DNA from: Octopus sinensis
Taxonomy: Eukaryota
Assembly: GCF_006345805.1 (NCBI RefSeq)
Contig: NC_043009.1
Location: 51,522,001 to 51,586,000 of the forward strand
Reading direction: 5' to 3'
Length of the DNA stretch: 64,000 nucleotides
In this document: one piece after another, positions 13,475 through 25,870 of the stretch
Layout of the letters: every line of letters starts with the position of its first letter
Position numbering within the stretch: position 1 is the first letter of the stretch
The notes under the pieces: model-generated
The model's database searches: none
Seen by the model: only the letters and a program-made list of their open reading frames with translations
Told to the model about the DNA's origin: nothing
Translations under genes and position numbers: made by a program

Positions 13475-13477
<3 letters not shown>
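13325..13477 (-). mobile_element. SINE family A head and central part in inverted orientation
   Basis: Reverse complement reads aggcgcaggattggctatgtag...gggttcagtcccactgcgtggtaccttgtgcg. Confidence 0.85.
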
Positions 13478-13536
<59 letters not shown>

Positions 13537-13733
13537 CATATATATATAAATATTGATAGATATATATGTATGAATGTATGTGTGTACACACACACACACA
13601 CTCACACACACACATATATATATATATATATACATACACACACACGTACACATATACATACACACATATATCTTCGCCATGTTGGACCACTGAACTCAAC
13701 CCGTTTTGTTTTCATTCTCTGTTTATTTCCTCT

Positions 13734-13807
13734 TATTTCTTTCTGTGGAAGAGCGTAGGCTCGAAATGTAAAAGACTTTTCCATCCTTCCCGAGCGTCAA
13801 ACAAATA
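13734..13807 (+). ncRNA. Putative type I hammerhead ribozyme motif, copy 2 (subfamily II, A6U core) in a repeat spanning ~13672-13864
   Basis: TATTTCTTT-CTGTGGA-A-GAGC-gtag-GCTC-GAAATGT-AAAAGACTTTT...gagc-GTC-AAACAAATA. Stem I arms pair at 8/9 positions, stem II is perfect, and the GTC triplet is at 13796-13798. Confidence 0.55.
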
Positions 13808-13959
13808 TACATGCCTGTTGTTCCCACACCTATTTTCGTCTTTGTTTTATTATAAATTTGAACTACACACACTCACACACATACACACACATATGTATGT
13901 TTATAGATAGATGGATAGACAGATAAAATGAGATATACATATATAAATATATATGTGCA

Positions 13960-14170
13960 TCAGGGTGTTTTTCTGTTTGGGAATATCCCTCCCCACCGCC
14001 GTTTGACAACCATTGATGGTGTGGTTACGTCTCCGCAAATAAGCAGTTCGGCAAAAAGATATCCATTGAAGAAGACGTACCTGGTCCAAAAGGTTATAAG
14101 TCGATTAGTTCGACTAAAATTATTCGAGGCGATGCTCCAGCATGGCCGTAGCCCAATTACTAAAACAAGG
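13960..14170 (+). mobile_element. SINE family A 3' half (degenerate)
   Basis: tttgacaacc...ggcaaaaagatatcc...gaggcgatgctccagcatggccg...aaacaaggtaaa. Confidence 0.75.
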
Positions 14171-14669
14171 TAAAATTTAAAAGACGAAAGTGCAGATGAC
14201 ATAAAGATGGCATCAGATTCTAATAGATCATAACTGTAATCAACGTGTCCTTCCGTTTTGAAGACTGTACAATGTAATTTGAGGAAGACTGACTTCTATT
14301 TCTAAGAGAACAAGGGAAAACTATTCCCAACGATGTAAAGTTCTGTCTTTCGTTAATTATCATTGTTTACTGTTTTGGGTTTTTTTTTTTTATATTAGCA
14401 TTACTTTTTTTTTATTAGATTTCGTGCATGTTGTTTTTCACATCTTTATAATTGTTTTGCTTCTGGCTGATAATGATGTTCTTGTCATTTTGGTTGATAA
14501 TGTTATTGTTGTTATTGGCGATGTCAATGTTTTTTGTTGAATATTTTATTTTATTTTATTTTTATTTTATTTTCATGACATCCCAATTTTTTTTCTCCTT
14601 TCGTTATACTCTCATCTATTATATTTCAATGTGTTTTTATTAACACATTTTTTAAATCCCTAAACACAT

Positions 14670-14702
14670 TTATTTATTTATTATCTTTCTCTTCTTCTTC
14701 TT

Positions 14703-14787
<85 letters not shown>

Positions 14788-14815
14788 CTTTCCTTCTTCT
14801 TCTGCTTCATCTTCC

Positions 14816-14846
<31 letters not shown>

Positions 14847-15030
14847 CTTTTTCTTCTTCCTTTCCTTCCTTTTCTTCTTCTTCTTCTTATTCCTTTCCTT
14901 CATTTTTCTTCTTCTTCTTCTTCTTGTTCTTCTTCTTCTTTTTCTTCTTCTTCTTCTTCTTCTTCTTCTTATTATTATTATTATTATTATCATTGTTATT
15001 ATTATTATCATCACCGATCATCATTATTGT
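14670..15030. repeat. Compound (CTT)n/(ATT)n microsatellite
   Basis: Directly visible. Confidence 0.97.
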
Positions 15031-15981
15031 TATTATCATTTTGCTGTTCTTTTTGCGAGAAACATTTGCAGCAACCCTCACCACTCGACAAAACACTTAC
15101 ACTCCACTCTAGATTTCTCTACTCAACTCCACTCCTGCCGTTCACATCCCCTTACCACCACCACCACCACCACCACACTACAGTTGCACTCTTCTTTTTG
15201 CATATCGCTTACACCGCTCTCACCCAGGTTTACCTCTTTGTTTGCCTCTCTCCCTTATTTTACTTACAAATCTTGTTATCAATCTCACTCTTACCATATG
15301 CTTTTTACACACAGCACACACAATTTCTCTCCCTCTACCTGTTTGCCTATCTGTCTCTGTTTTTCTGTCTCTCTGTCTCTGTCTGTCTGTCTGTCTCTCC
15401 CTCTACCGCCCTCTCTGTCTCTCTGTCTCTCTTGCAGCTCCTATTTGTTTTTAACTTTTATCAATACATATTTTGTCTTCGAGCCTAACCCTGGGGCCAA
15501 ATGCAGATCATATAAATAAATAGCCGCTGTCCCCAACACACAAGTCCCAGCCTCATCCTTAGAGGCTGGTGGCGAAGACTGGAATTTTTAATTAGTTTTC
15601 ACTGTTAGACACAAAGATGGATGTTCCAACCCGTTTATCATCATCCAACGTTAACTTCATTTCATTTTCACTTGCACACGCGCAGAGACACGCACACATA
15701 CGTATACGCACATGTACAACAACACAGACAAATTGAAACATGCATACGCATATAGTGTATATTGGGCATATATTAATGTGTGTATATTTGGGCGTGCATG
15801 CAAATGCATGTTCCTGTGTCCTCTTGAAATTTACCGTCTGTTTGTGGTGTGTGCCTGTGGTGGTCATCTACCATAGCTACATAATTCTGGCTATGATATA
15901 TTGTGTATTAGTAATAAAAGGGTAAAAACATATGTATGTACGCAAATACATATGTGTTGTATATAAATATATATATATATA

Positions 15982-16019
<38 letters not shown>

Positions 16020-16185
16020 ATACATATATACATACATATATGTATATATGTGTGATATGTATATACAAATATATATATATATATACTTGTATACATATAT
16101 ATAACATGCATAGATATATATAAATACATAAATATATAATATATGTGTGTGTGTGTGGGGTGTGTTGTGTGATGTGGTGTTTTGT

Positions 16186-16613
16186 ATTCTTTTATTCTTT
16201 TACTCATTTATATGTTTCAGTCATTTGAGTGCAGCCATGCTGGAGTACCGCCCGTAATCGAGCACATCAACTCTAGGACTTATTCTTTGTAAGTCTAGTA
16301 CTTATTCTATCGGTCGTGTTTGCCGAACCGCTCTGTTACGGGGACGTAACACAGTAGCATCGGTTGACAAGCGATTGCACGTGGAACAAAGAGCACACAC
16401 ACACACACCACAACACACACACACACACCACACAACACACACACACACCCTATACGAAGTTTGTTTCAGTTTCCGTATACCAAATCCTCTCACACGCATT
16501 TGGTCGGCCCGAGCTCCGAGCTATAGTTGAAGATATTTTGCCAAGGTTGCCACGCAGTGGGACTGAACCCGGACCATGTGGTTTGTAATAAAGCTTCTTA
16601 CAGCATAGCCACC
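16186..16613 (-). mobile_element. Full-length SINE family A
   Basis: Head with B box (reverse complement of gggactgaaccc), ccttggcaa segment, internal (CA)n and tail gctccagcatggctgcactcaaatgactgaaac. Confidence 0.9.
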
Positions 16614-16679
16614 GTATAATATAGTATATGTGTGTGTCTGTTATGTGTATGTATACACACATATATATATACATATATA

Positions 16680-16711
<32 letters not shown>

Positions 16712-16729
16712 ATGTGTGTGTGTGTGTTG

Positions 16730-16938
16730 TATTCTTTTATTCTTTTACTCATTTATATGTTTCAGTCATTTGAGTGCAGCCATGCTGGAGTACCGCCTGT
16801 AATCGAGCACATCAACTCTAGGACTTATTCTTTGTAAGTCTAGTACTTATTCTATCGGTCGTGTTTTCCGAACCGCTCTGTTACGGGGACGTAAACACAG
16901 TAGCATCGGTTGACAAGCGATGCAACTGGAACAAAGAT

Positions 16939-16982
<44 letters not shown>

Positions 16983-17134
16983 GACAAGTTTGTTTCAGTT
17001 TCCGTATACCAAATCCTCTCACACGCATTTGGTCGGCCCGAGCTATAGTTGAAGATATTTTGCCAAGGTGCCACGCAGTGGGACTGAACCCGGGACCATG
17101 TGGTTTGTAATCAAGCTTCTTACCGCATAGCCAC
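16730..17134 (-). mobile_element. Full-length SINE family A, near-duplicate of 16186-16613
   Basis: Shares private variants with the preceding copy (gctggagtaccgc, cacatcaactctaggac, cagtagcatcgg). Confidence 0.9.
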
Positions 17135-17239
17135 GTATATATATATATATGTGTGTGTCTGTGTATGTGTATGTATACACACATATATATATACATATAT
17201 ATATGTATGTATGTATATATATGTATGTATGTATATATA

Positions 17240-17410
17240 TCTGATAAACGACGTTGGTGTGTTTACGTCCCCGTAATTAGCGGTTCAGCAAAAGATATCG
17301 ATAGGATTAATACTAGGCTTACAATGAATGAGTCCTGGAGTTGATTTGTTCGACTAAAAGTGGTGCTCCAGCATGGTTGCAGTCAAATGACCGAAACGAA
17401 TAAAAGAATA
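17240..17410 (+). mobile_element. SINE family A 3' half
   Basis: ggtgtgtttacgtccccgtaattagcggttcagcaaaag...ggtgctccagcatggttgcagtcaaatgaccgaaac. Confidence 0.8.
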
Positions 17411-17743
17411 TATATACAGAAACTTTCATTACGTTATTGCTATTCAAGTATGTGTGTATATCTCAGTGTATGTGTGTGTGTGTGTGTATACACATATAAA
17501 TACACACATACAATGTTCTCCAAACACACACACACATACTGGGAGATAGAAAGACAGAGAGAGACATAGAAATTGTTTTTTTCTTTAGGCACAAGGCTAG
17601 CAATTCAAATGGGATGGGTAAGTCGATTACATCGACCCAAGTGGTCTCTTGGTACTTATTTTATCGACTCAAAGATTATGAATAACAAATATGGAATACT
17701 TCAAAATATATTTTCAACATCCCAGTGTCTCTAGCAGATTGCC

Positions 17744-17904
17744 GAGGAGTGGCCATGTGGTAAGTAGCTTGCTTACCAACCACATGGTTCCGGGTTCAGT
17801 CCCACTGCGTGGCACCTTGGGCAAGTGTCTTCTACTATAGCCTCGGGCCGACCAAAGCCTTGTGAGTGGATTTGGTAGACAGAAAGTGAAAGAAGCCCGT
17901 CGTA

Positions 17905-17948
<44 letters not shown>

Positions 17949-18092
17949 CATACGGTTCGGCAAAAGAGACCGATAGAATAAGTACTGGGCTTACAAAAGT
18001 ATAAGCCCCGGGGTCGAGTTGCTCGATTAAAGGCGGTGCTCCAGCATGGCCGCAGTCAAAATAACTGAAACAAGTAAAAGAGTGTAAAGAGT
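17744..18092 (+). mobile_element. SINE family A with internal deletion
   Basis: gaggagtggccatgtggtaag...gggttcagtccc...(TA)n...ggcggtgctccagcatggccgcagtcaaa...aagtaaaagag. Confidence 0.9.
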
Positions 18093-18586
18093 ATATTTAT
18101 GCAGTAGGAACCACAACAACATCAACGGCGGCAATTGTTTGCGAGTCCCTACAAGACGGGGGATATGAAGAAATTAATTGTTAATATAACATTCTTTTGC
18201 AAATAGTCTACAAATTGTAGGCAGGAACGAGGAATCAGAAATATGTTTTGCATTTATGAGGACTTACAACCCAATGTAAAAGACGTTTATAATTTATGAA
18301 AGAATTAATGGAATTTTAGACATCAGGAGGTTCAATAATTCTAAGAATTGAACCAACATAAATAATCCACTGGGTGAAGAGTATTGTAATTAAATAATTG
18401 AAATATGTTATGTAAGAAAAATGAAAAGGTGCAATAAAGTATTCATGAATGAAACGATGCTATTTTGCTCAAGAAAAACAATAAAATATGGCAGGCGGAT
18501 GTAAACATTTCTCAAAGACAAGAAGAGATAATATCGAAAAAATTTAACATTGTGTTTAACATAAAAATTTGCATTGTTGGGAAATG

Positions 18587-18633
<47 letters not shown>

Positions 18634-18635
18634 TT

Positions 18636-18670
<35 letters not shown>

Positions 18671-18928
18671 TTCTCTCTCTCTCTAAGCCCATATAAGTAT
18701 GGGGTGAAATGATCCCAAATATACTTGCAGAGCGCGTTAAGCAATTAAAATTGAGTACTTTGTAACGATTCTTGAATTGGAGAGAAAGAGAGGGTGGTTA
18801 TTGCAATCAAATGAGCAACTGTTTATTTGAATCTTAACTCTCTACAAGGAAAGCGAAATGCACTTACATATTTGGTACCGTTTGTGTTTATTCGGTTATT
18901 GACGTATATATCGGTCTGTACGCAAATG

Positions 18929-18970
<42 letters not shown>

Positions 18971-19181
18971 GAAATACATTTGTATATATCTGCATACAGA
19001 TCTATATCTAACTAACTATCTATATACATGTATACATACATATGTATATATGCGTACATACCTAAATGCATATACATGCATATGTACCTAATTATCTATA
19101 TATTGATAATTTCAATATGTGACCGCGTGTGTATCGTTGGCGATTTTCTTTCTCCGTCTTCCCTTCTTTGGACTTTTTCTA

Positions 19182-19253
19182 TATTTCTGATGAAGATCTC
19201 CGCTTGAAACGTGAACTCCTCTTTCTTTTTGTTCCTTCCCTGAGCGTCCAATA
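19182..19253 (+). ncRNA. Putative type I hammerhead ribozyme motif, copy 3 (subfamily I, canonical core) in a repeat spanning ~19105-19322
   Basis: tattt-CTGATGA(19187-19193)-A-GATC-tcc-GCTT-GAAAC(19206-19210)-GT...gagc-GTC(19246-19248)-caata. All conserved core nucleotides are present. Stem III has 4 bp (ACGT/GCGT), stem II has one mismatch, and stem I is short (TATT/AATA). Confidence 0.6.
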
Positions 19254-19356
19254 ACACTGTACTTATTGCACGTCCTCGCGTTGTTGTTTTTTCTTGCTTG
19301 TTCATGTTTGGATTTGTCATCAATATATACATATATATACATATACACATACACAC

Positions 19357-19402
<46 letters not shown>

Positions 19403-19440
19403 TATACACACACACAAAATACATATACATATATACACAT

Positions 19441-19814
19441 GACAAACGGATTAAGTCAATCATATCGACCCCAGTGTGTAACTGGCACTCAATTCATCGA
19501 CCCCGAAAGGGTGAAAAGCAGACTCGACCTCGGCGGAATTTGAACTCAGAACGTAACAGCAGATGAAATACCTATTTCTTTATTACCCGCAAGGGGCTAA
19601 ACACAGAGGGGACAAAAAAGGACAGACATAGGTATTAAGTCGATTACATCGACCCCAGTGCGTAACTGGTACTTAATTTATCGACCCCGAAAGGATGAAA
19701 GGATGAAAGGCAAAGTCGACCTCGGCGGAATTTGAACTCAGAACGTAACGGCAGATAAAATACCGCTAAGCATTTCGCCTCGGCGTGCTAACGTTTCTGC
19801 CAGCTCGCCGCCTT
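19441..19814 (-). mobile_element. SINE family B, head plus two tandem body units
   Basis: Head aaggcggcgagctggcagaaacg (A-box-like). B boxes at 19727-19739 and 19535-19547, spacing 192 = 184 plus an 8-bp local duplication. Confidence 0.9.
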
Positions 19815-19832
19815 ATAATTCCATTTCTGTAT

Positions 19833-20220
19833 GGGTGGTGGAAGCACTCCGTCGGTTACGACGACGAGGGTCCGGTTGATCCGATCAACGGAACAGCTTG
19901 CTCGTGAAATTAACGTGTAAGTGGCTGAGCACTCCACAGACACGTACACCCTTAACGTAGTTCTCGGGGATATTCAGCGTGACACAGAGAGTGACAAGGC
20001 CGGCCCTTTGAAATACAGGTACAACAGAAACAGGAAGTAAGAGTGAGAGAAAGTTGTGGTGAAAGAGTACAGCAGGGATCACCACCATCATTGCCGGAGC
20101 CTTGTGGAGCTTTAGGTGTTTTCGCTCAATAAACACTCAGAACGCCCGGTCTGGGAATCGAAACAGCGATCTTACGACCCGGAGTCCGCTGCCCTAACCA
20201 CTGGGCCATTGCGCCTCCAT
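19833..20220 (-). mobile_element. Full-length tRNA-derived SINE family C with target-site duplication
   Basis: Head tggcccagtggttagg (A box) and gtttcgattcc (B box); 3' end aaccgacggagtgcttcca. The direct repeat TCCATTTCTGTAT at 19820-19832 and 20216-20228 flanks it, partly overlapping the 5' end. Confidence 0.9.
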
Positions 20221-20299
20221 TTCTGTATAGCTGACTTTATAATACGGCATTACAATATGATAAAATGCGTGGCGGAGTAAATATTAATACATGATACGG

Positions 20300-20339
20300 G
20301 GAAAAGAGAGAGAGAGAGCGAGGGTGAATGAGACAGACT

Positions 20340-20407
<68 letters not shown>

Positions 20408-20600
20408 AGCAGACAGAGAGGCAGACGGACACAGTATGCTGGTGATGAAAAGGAGGCAACAAGGATGATGACAGATTGATATACAAAGGAAGGGAGGAGG
20501 ACAATATAGGTGTTGGCAGTTATAACGAAGGAGTGGTAAACAGAAAATTGAAGCGGGAGTCAAGGAATATAAATATTCCTTGCGTTGTTGCTGCTTTCCC

Positions 20601-20636
<36 letters not shown>

Positions 20637-21153
20637 CATTGCCGCCGTTGCTGGTGATGATGACAATGTTGATGGTGATCAATCACTTTGGTGATGTCTA
20701 TGATGATGATGATTACGAATAAGTTTCTTATAAAGATAAGTAGAAGCAAGAGTGAAATGGAAGTGAATAGGGAAGCGAAAGACGGGGGGGGGAGTGAGGA
20801 GGAGGAGGGGAAAGTGGAGGAGGGAGAAGATGAGTAGTAGGAGATTAAGTAGTAGAAGGGAGGGAAAATGGGATGAAAAAGAAGTAGGAGAATACAGGGA
20901 GGGACAAAATAAAGAAGATAAAGTAGGAGATGAAGAAGGAAGGAGATGAAGAAGTTGAAGAGGTTGAAGAAGCTGAAGAACAAGAAGATGTTGAAGATGA
21001 TGATGATGATGATGATGATGGAGGAGGAAGAGAAGAAGAAGTTGATGATGAGGAAGATGATAATGATAATGGTGATGCAGATGAAGAAGTGAGATGAAAT
21101 GAGATTACAATGATGATTATGACAATAGTGGTGATGATGACGACGACGACGAC

Positions 21154-21185
<32 letters not shown>

Positions 21186-21250
21186 CGCTATGATGTCGAC
21201 GAATTCGACGACGATTACGACGACGGCGACGACGCAACGATCGCATTCAC
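20300..21250. repeat. Cluster of (GACA)n, (GCT)n and purine-rich (GAA/GAT/GAC)n tracts
   Basis: Directly visible; the source of the 248-aa and 133-aa pseudo-ORFs. Confidence 0.9.
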
Positions 21251-21663
21251 GAATTAGACGAATGAGGCTGAATTCAAGTTTTTCAGTTTTGGAATAAGTA
21301 ATTTTAATGTTGAAAATTCGCTTCAGAATGACTGTGTTACAACGATCACTCTAAACATACGTGTTTCAACCATACCTATAATATTTATTTCTTACTCTGT
21401 ATCAGGTAAGAACCTATTTTTAAAGGATGCTGTGTCTTGTGATGTGAAGAAAATTAATGCGGCTTCTGTAATATCTGTATTAACCCCTAGATAGCTTCAT
21501 AATATTTCGGGCAACAACTCTTCAGTGACCTGAGCTATGCCATATACACTTATGAAACTTTGCATTACGTAGAAGCTACCATTACCGTCGACGTCGTCGT
21601 TGTTATCTCCATCATCATCATCATCATCATCATCGTCGTCGTCATCATCATCATCATCATCAA

Positions 21664-21704
<41 letters not shown>

Positions 21705-24189
21705 CCATCATCGTCATGAACACCCTGTTGTTTATTTTGGTTTTTGTCGCTTTATATATGGATTTGGCAGAGGAATTGTTGTAAGAAGAAAATGAATATG
21801 GTGCATGCAGAGAGGAGAAATAGCAAGGGGGTTGGGAAAGGAAAAAGTTTTATGATTGCAGAATCTGGGTATAGAGAAAGTGATGGTAGAGACAGTTTTC
21901 CCGGTTTGGTATAGAATGTTTTTTATTGACTCCGTGTAGTACAGCATATATGTAAAAGTGTAGAATTTAGCGATGGGGTTCATGTAACAGACTTGTGATA
22001 TTCAGGCAAGAATTTATGTTGGTTAAAATGTTTCTAACGACAAATCACTATTCTTTTTCTACAGGATTTTTCAAAAGGAAAAGTTTACACATAGTACTAA
22101 GATTAATTATACTTTCACCTTTGATATGAAATAAATCCTATTGCATAAATTCCATTCACATTTGAGGTCAGTGAGCCCATCAAAAACCTTTAGAATTTTC
22201 ACAGAGTGGTTAAGGTCACACCAAAGCCAATCATGAAGTACATATCATAACAAGATATGAACCCATACCATGCTCATATTGACATTTTCTGATCTAACAG
22301 AATTTCAAAATGGCGCCGCTCATTCAGATAAGTTTACAGTTGTAATGATACAAAACTTGCACGAAAAATCCAAGTGCTAGTTCCAAAATCATAAAGATTT
22401 TGTTTTCTAGAAATCTCGTATCCAGTTTTGTATATAACCGCTAAAATGGAGATTGTTACTTTCTCCGTGCATGAGCGGAAATCTATATTCTGTTGGTAGA
22501 CATACCGATCATCAGATCTCCAGGAGGCGCTTTTTTTTTTTGTTTTTGTTTTTTGGCTGTAAGGAAAGTAAAATTCTCATGGAATTCCCCTCCCTCTTAA
22601 AATACCCTGAAGTTTCTCTCCATAAGTTTTCCAGACTACACTCCTTCTACCCTGCTGCTCTTTCTATTCTCTTTCCTCTGTCTGCCAGTCTCAATCGCTC
22701 CATCTCTGTTTCACTTCTCTTTTGCTCCATCACTCCCGATTAACAAAAGTGAACAGACGTATGTTAAAGTGCGAGTGTGTCTCCATATGTGTATTTGCAT
22801 ATACATGAGTAAGTGTGAATGTGTGAAGTACGAGCGTGTATGTGTGGAAGCTTTACAGTGCTTTTACCCTTGGAAAAATTAGTTTATTGTAGGGAGTAGA
22901 GCAGATGGTTCCCCACAGTCAGCCTAATTGTACGTTTCTATATGTGAGTACTGCTGCATGTGCGTGTGTTTATGTGCTTGTCTTTGTGAGTGTGTGTTTG
23001 TCTGCATCTATATATGTAGGCACGAATGCATTAGAGCTTCTTTGTCTAAAGTAGCAGGGAGATTTCACGTTCGTATTGACATTGCACTTTCACTCATCTC
23101 AAATGTTTGTTCACAAAATTTTAATTTCAGGCTCTTTTTTTCTATATACATGATCATCGGTAACAAACTTGGTCTTTGCCTTAATACCTTCAATAATATA
23201 TATTATAGGACGCAGGATTGGGGCTGCTAAAATGGATGGGAAAATAGTAAGAAAAAGAGTTAATCGCTTTTTTGAAATTGACTGCGTTCATTGTGCACTC
23301 GATCAATTATATATTGAATAAAACGGAGAGAAGGAAGTATCATTACTGCACCAGACAAAAATGTTTTGCAGCAATTCTTCCGACTTTACGTTCCGAGTTC
23401 AAATTCCACCTATGTCGCCATTGCCTTCCATCGTTTTAGGGATAAAGAAACTATCCATTAGATGAGGACTGCAGTCAGTATAATCACCAAACGCCCTTTC
23501 CCAGGTTGCAGGCCTTAAGAATATAATAGTAAGAATTATATATTACTTGAATAAATAATTATTTATCTATATTTCCAAAGATACAGGAGTACCCTCATGT
23601 ACATTTATCAATCTACGGTCACTATACAGGTATTCAAGCTCAATTAAACACATACATAAATATGTGCATACATACACACATATATACATACATACACACA
23701 TACATATATACATACATACATAAGCACGTACATACTTACATACAAACACACATACTTGCATGCGTACGTACACGCAATTACACACGTCATGCACGGATCC
23801 TTCATCTACATATAGGTGTATGTGTGTGTGTGTCTGCATAAATAATTATCAGAAGTTTTAGAGTGTCTTAAGTGTTGCACGTTTCGCGCATTAGCAATGT
23901 TCAAACTTCACAACATTCAATGCGCTCAGCTCTTCTGCGGCATAATAATGACGTAACGTCCTATATATTCATATTTTCCAGTCTGCCTCAATAAAGTTGT
24001 ACATATATACGCATATATAAATATACATACACACACACACACACACACACGTTTATTAGCCATAACGGTTTAAACAAAATGAAAAAAAAAAAGAAAAAGA
24101 AAAGAATCCGAGCGATGACAAAATTATAAACATTGCTAGTGGTTTACATAGGTCACGTGGAAAAGCGACAAATACAGCAGCAAATAACA

Positions 24190-24216
24190 TCTTGCTACTA
24201 CTACTACTACTACTAT

Positions 24217-24264
<48 letters not shown>

Positions 24265-24460
24265 CACGGCCACCACCACGGCCACCACCACTAACGCCGC
24301 CACCACCACCACCACCACCACGGCCACCACCACTAACGCCGCCACCATCACCACCACCACCACCACCACCACGGCCACCACCACCACCATCCACCACGAA
24401 CAACACCAACACCACCACCACACCACCACCACCACCACCACCACCACCACCACCACCACC

Positions 24461-24496
<36 letters not shown>

Positions 24497-24500
24497 GGCG
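24190..24500. repeat. (CTA)n-(CCA)n-(CTA)n compound microsatellite
   Basis: Directly visible. Confidence 0.97.
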
Positions 24501-24755
24501 ATTATAATAATGCTAATAAAGTTAATAATAATAATGGTATTTTAAATGTATTTATGTTATAAAGCTAAGGGCTAAAATCCTCACAGACATGTAAGAGACA
24601 TTTACCACAAACATAGCGTAGATTATCGTCGGCATTACCTCCATGGTCCTCGTCACCAACGTGATAATCAACATCAACTTTATTTATTTATTTATTTATT
24701 ATTGTTATTGTTGTTGATGTTGTTCGTATCGTTGTTGCTGCTGTTGTTGTTGTTG

Positions 24756-24809
<54 letters not shown>

Positions 24810-25359
24810 TATTATTATTATTATTATATATCTATTATTATTATTATTATTATCATTATTGTTATTATTATTGTTATTAATTAACTTGCTATTTGATACG
24901 ACCTTCCATCAGCAGTAAATAATTGGGAAGTTTTCAAGCCGGAAGTGAGATACGTAGCAGTAGAAGAAATGTAATCCATCAATAGAGAGATATACAGAGA
25001 GATCCATAAAGAGACAGAAATAAAGAAGGAGAGAGGAGCATACAAGGAGAGAGAGAGAAAGAGAGAGAGAGAGAAAGAGGGAGAGAGAAAGAGTGAGAGA
25101 GAAAGAGGAGGAGCACGTAGTTTTGTTAGTGGTAGCCAACGTCTGATGAAAATCTAATTAATTGTTGACACGTAACGGACAATCCACTGGGGGATTTGAA
25201 ACTTCGTCTTAGAAATTAAAATGGTTTTTGCTCTTAATGACGTCAGATTATGCTGTAGGCTCGCTCTGAGTGGCATGGTGGTCGACGTTCACATCATCGA
25301 GCATACAATGCAAAGGGCACTTTTACTGAGTAGCGGAGTGTTTCACTGGAGGCGCTGCC

Positions 25360-25391
25360 AGTAAGTGTAGCAGCAGCAGCAGCAGTAGTAA

Positions 25392-25435
<44 letters not shown>

Positions 25436-25447
25436 ATGGTAGTAGTG

Positions 25448-25481
<34 letters not shown>

Positions 25482-25566
25482 CAGCAGCAGCAGCAGTAGT
25501 AGTGGTAGTAGCAGCAGCGCAGTAGTAGTAGTAGAAGTAGTAGTAGTAGTAGTAGTAGAAATAGTA

Positions 25567-25600
<34 letters not shown>

Positions 25601-25649
25601 CAGCAGCAACAGTAGTAGTAGCAGTAGTAGTAGCAGTAGTAGCAGTGGC

Positions 25650-25717
<68 letters not shown>

Positions 25718-25750
25718 CAGCAGCTGCAGTAGTATTAGTAGTAGTATTAT

Positions 25751-25785
<35 letters not shown>

Positions 25786-25798
25786 TTATTATTATTAT

Positions 25799-25850
<52 letters not shown>

Positions 25851-25870
25851 TGTAGTAGTAATTACTTTGA
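25360..25870. repeat. Long (AGT)n/(AGC)n microsatellite
   Basis: Directly visible. Confidence 0.97.

Noticed and set aside
25143-25208. CTGATGA-AAATC...GATTT-GAAAC-ttc-GTC, a hammerhead-like string with a perfect 5-bp stem II and a 2-bp stem III
   Set aside because: The flanks cannot form stem I (ccaacgt versus ttagaaa), and it has no homology to the five-copy family. Probably chance, though it could be included in a covariance search.
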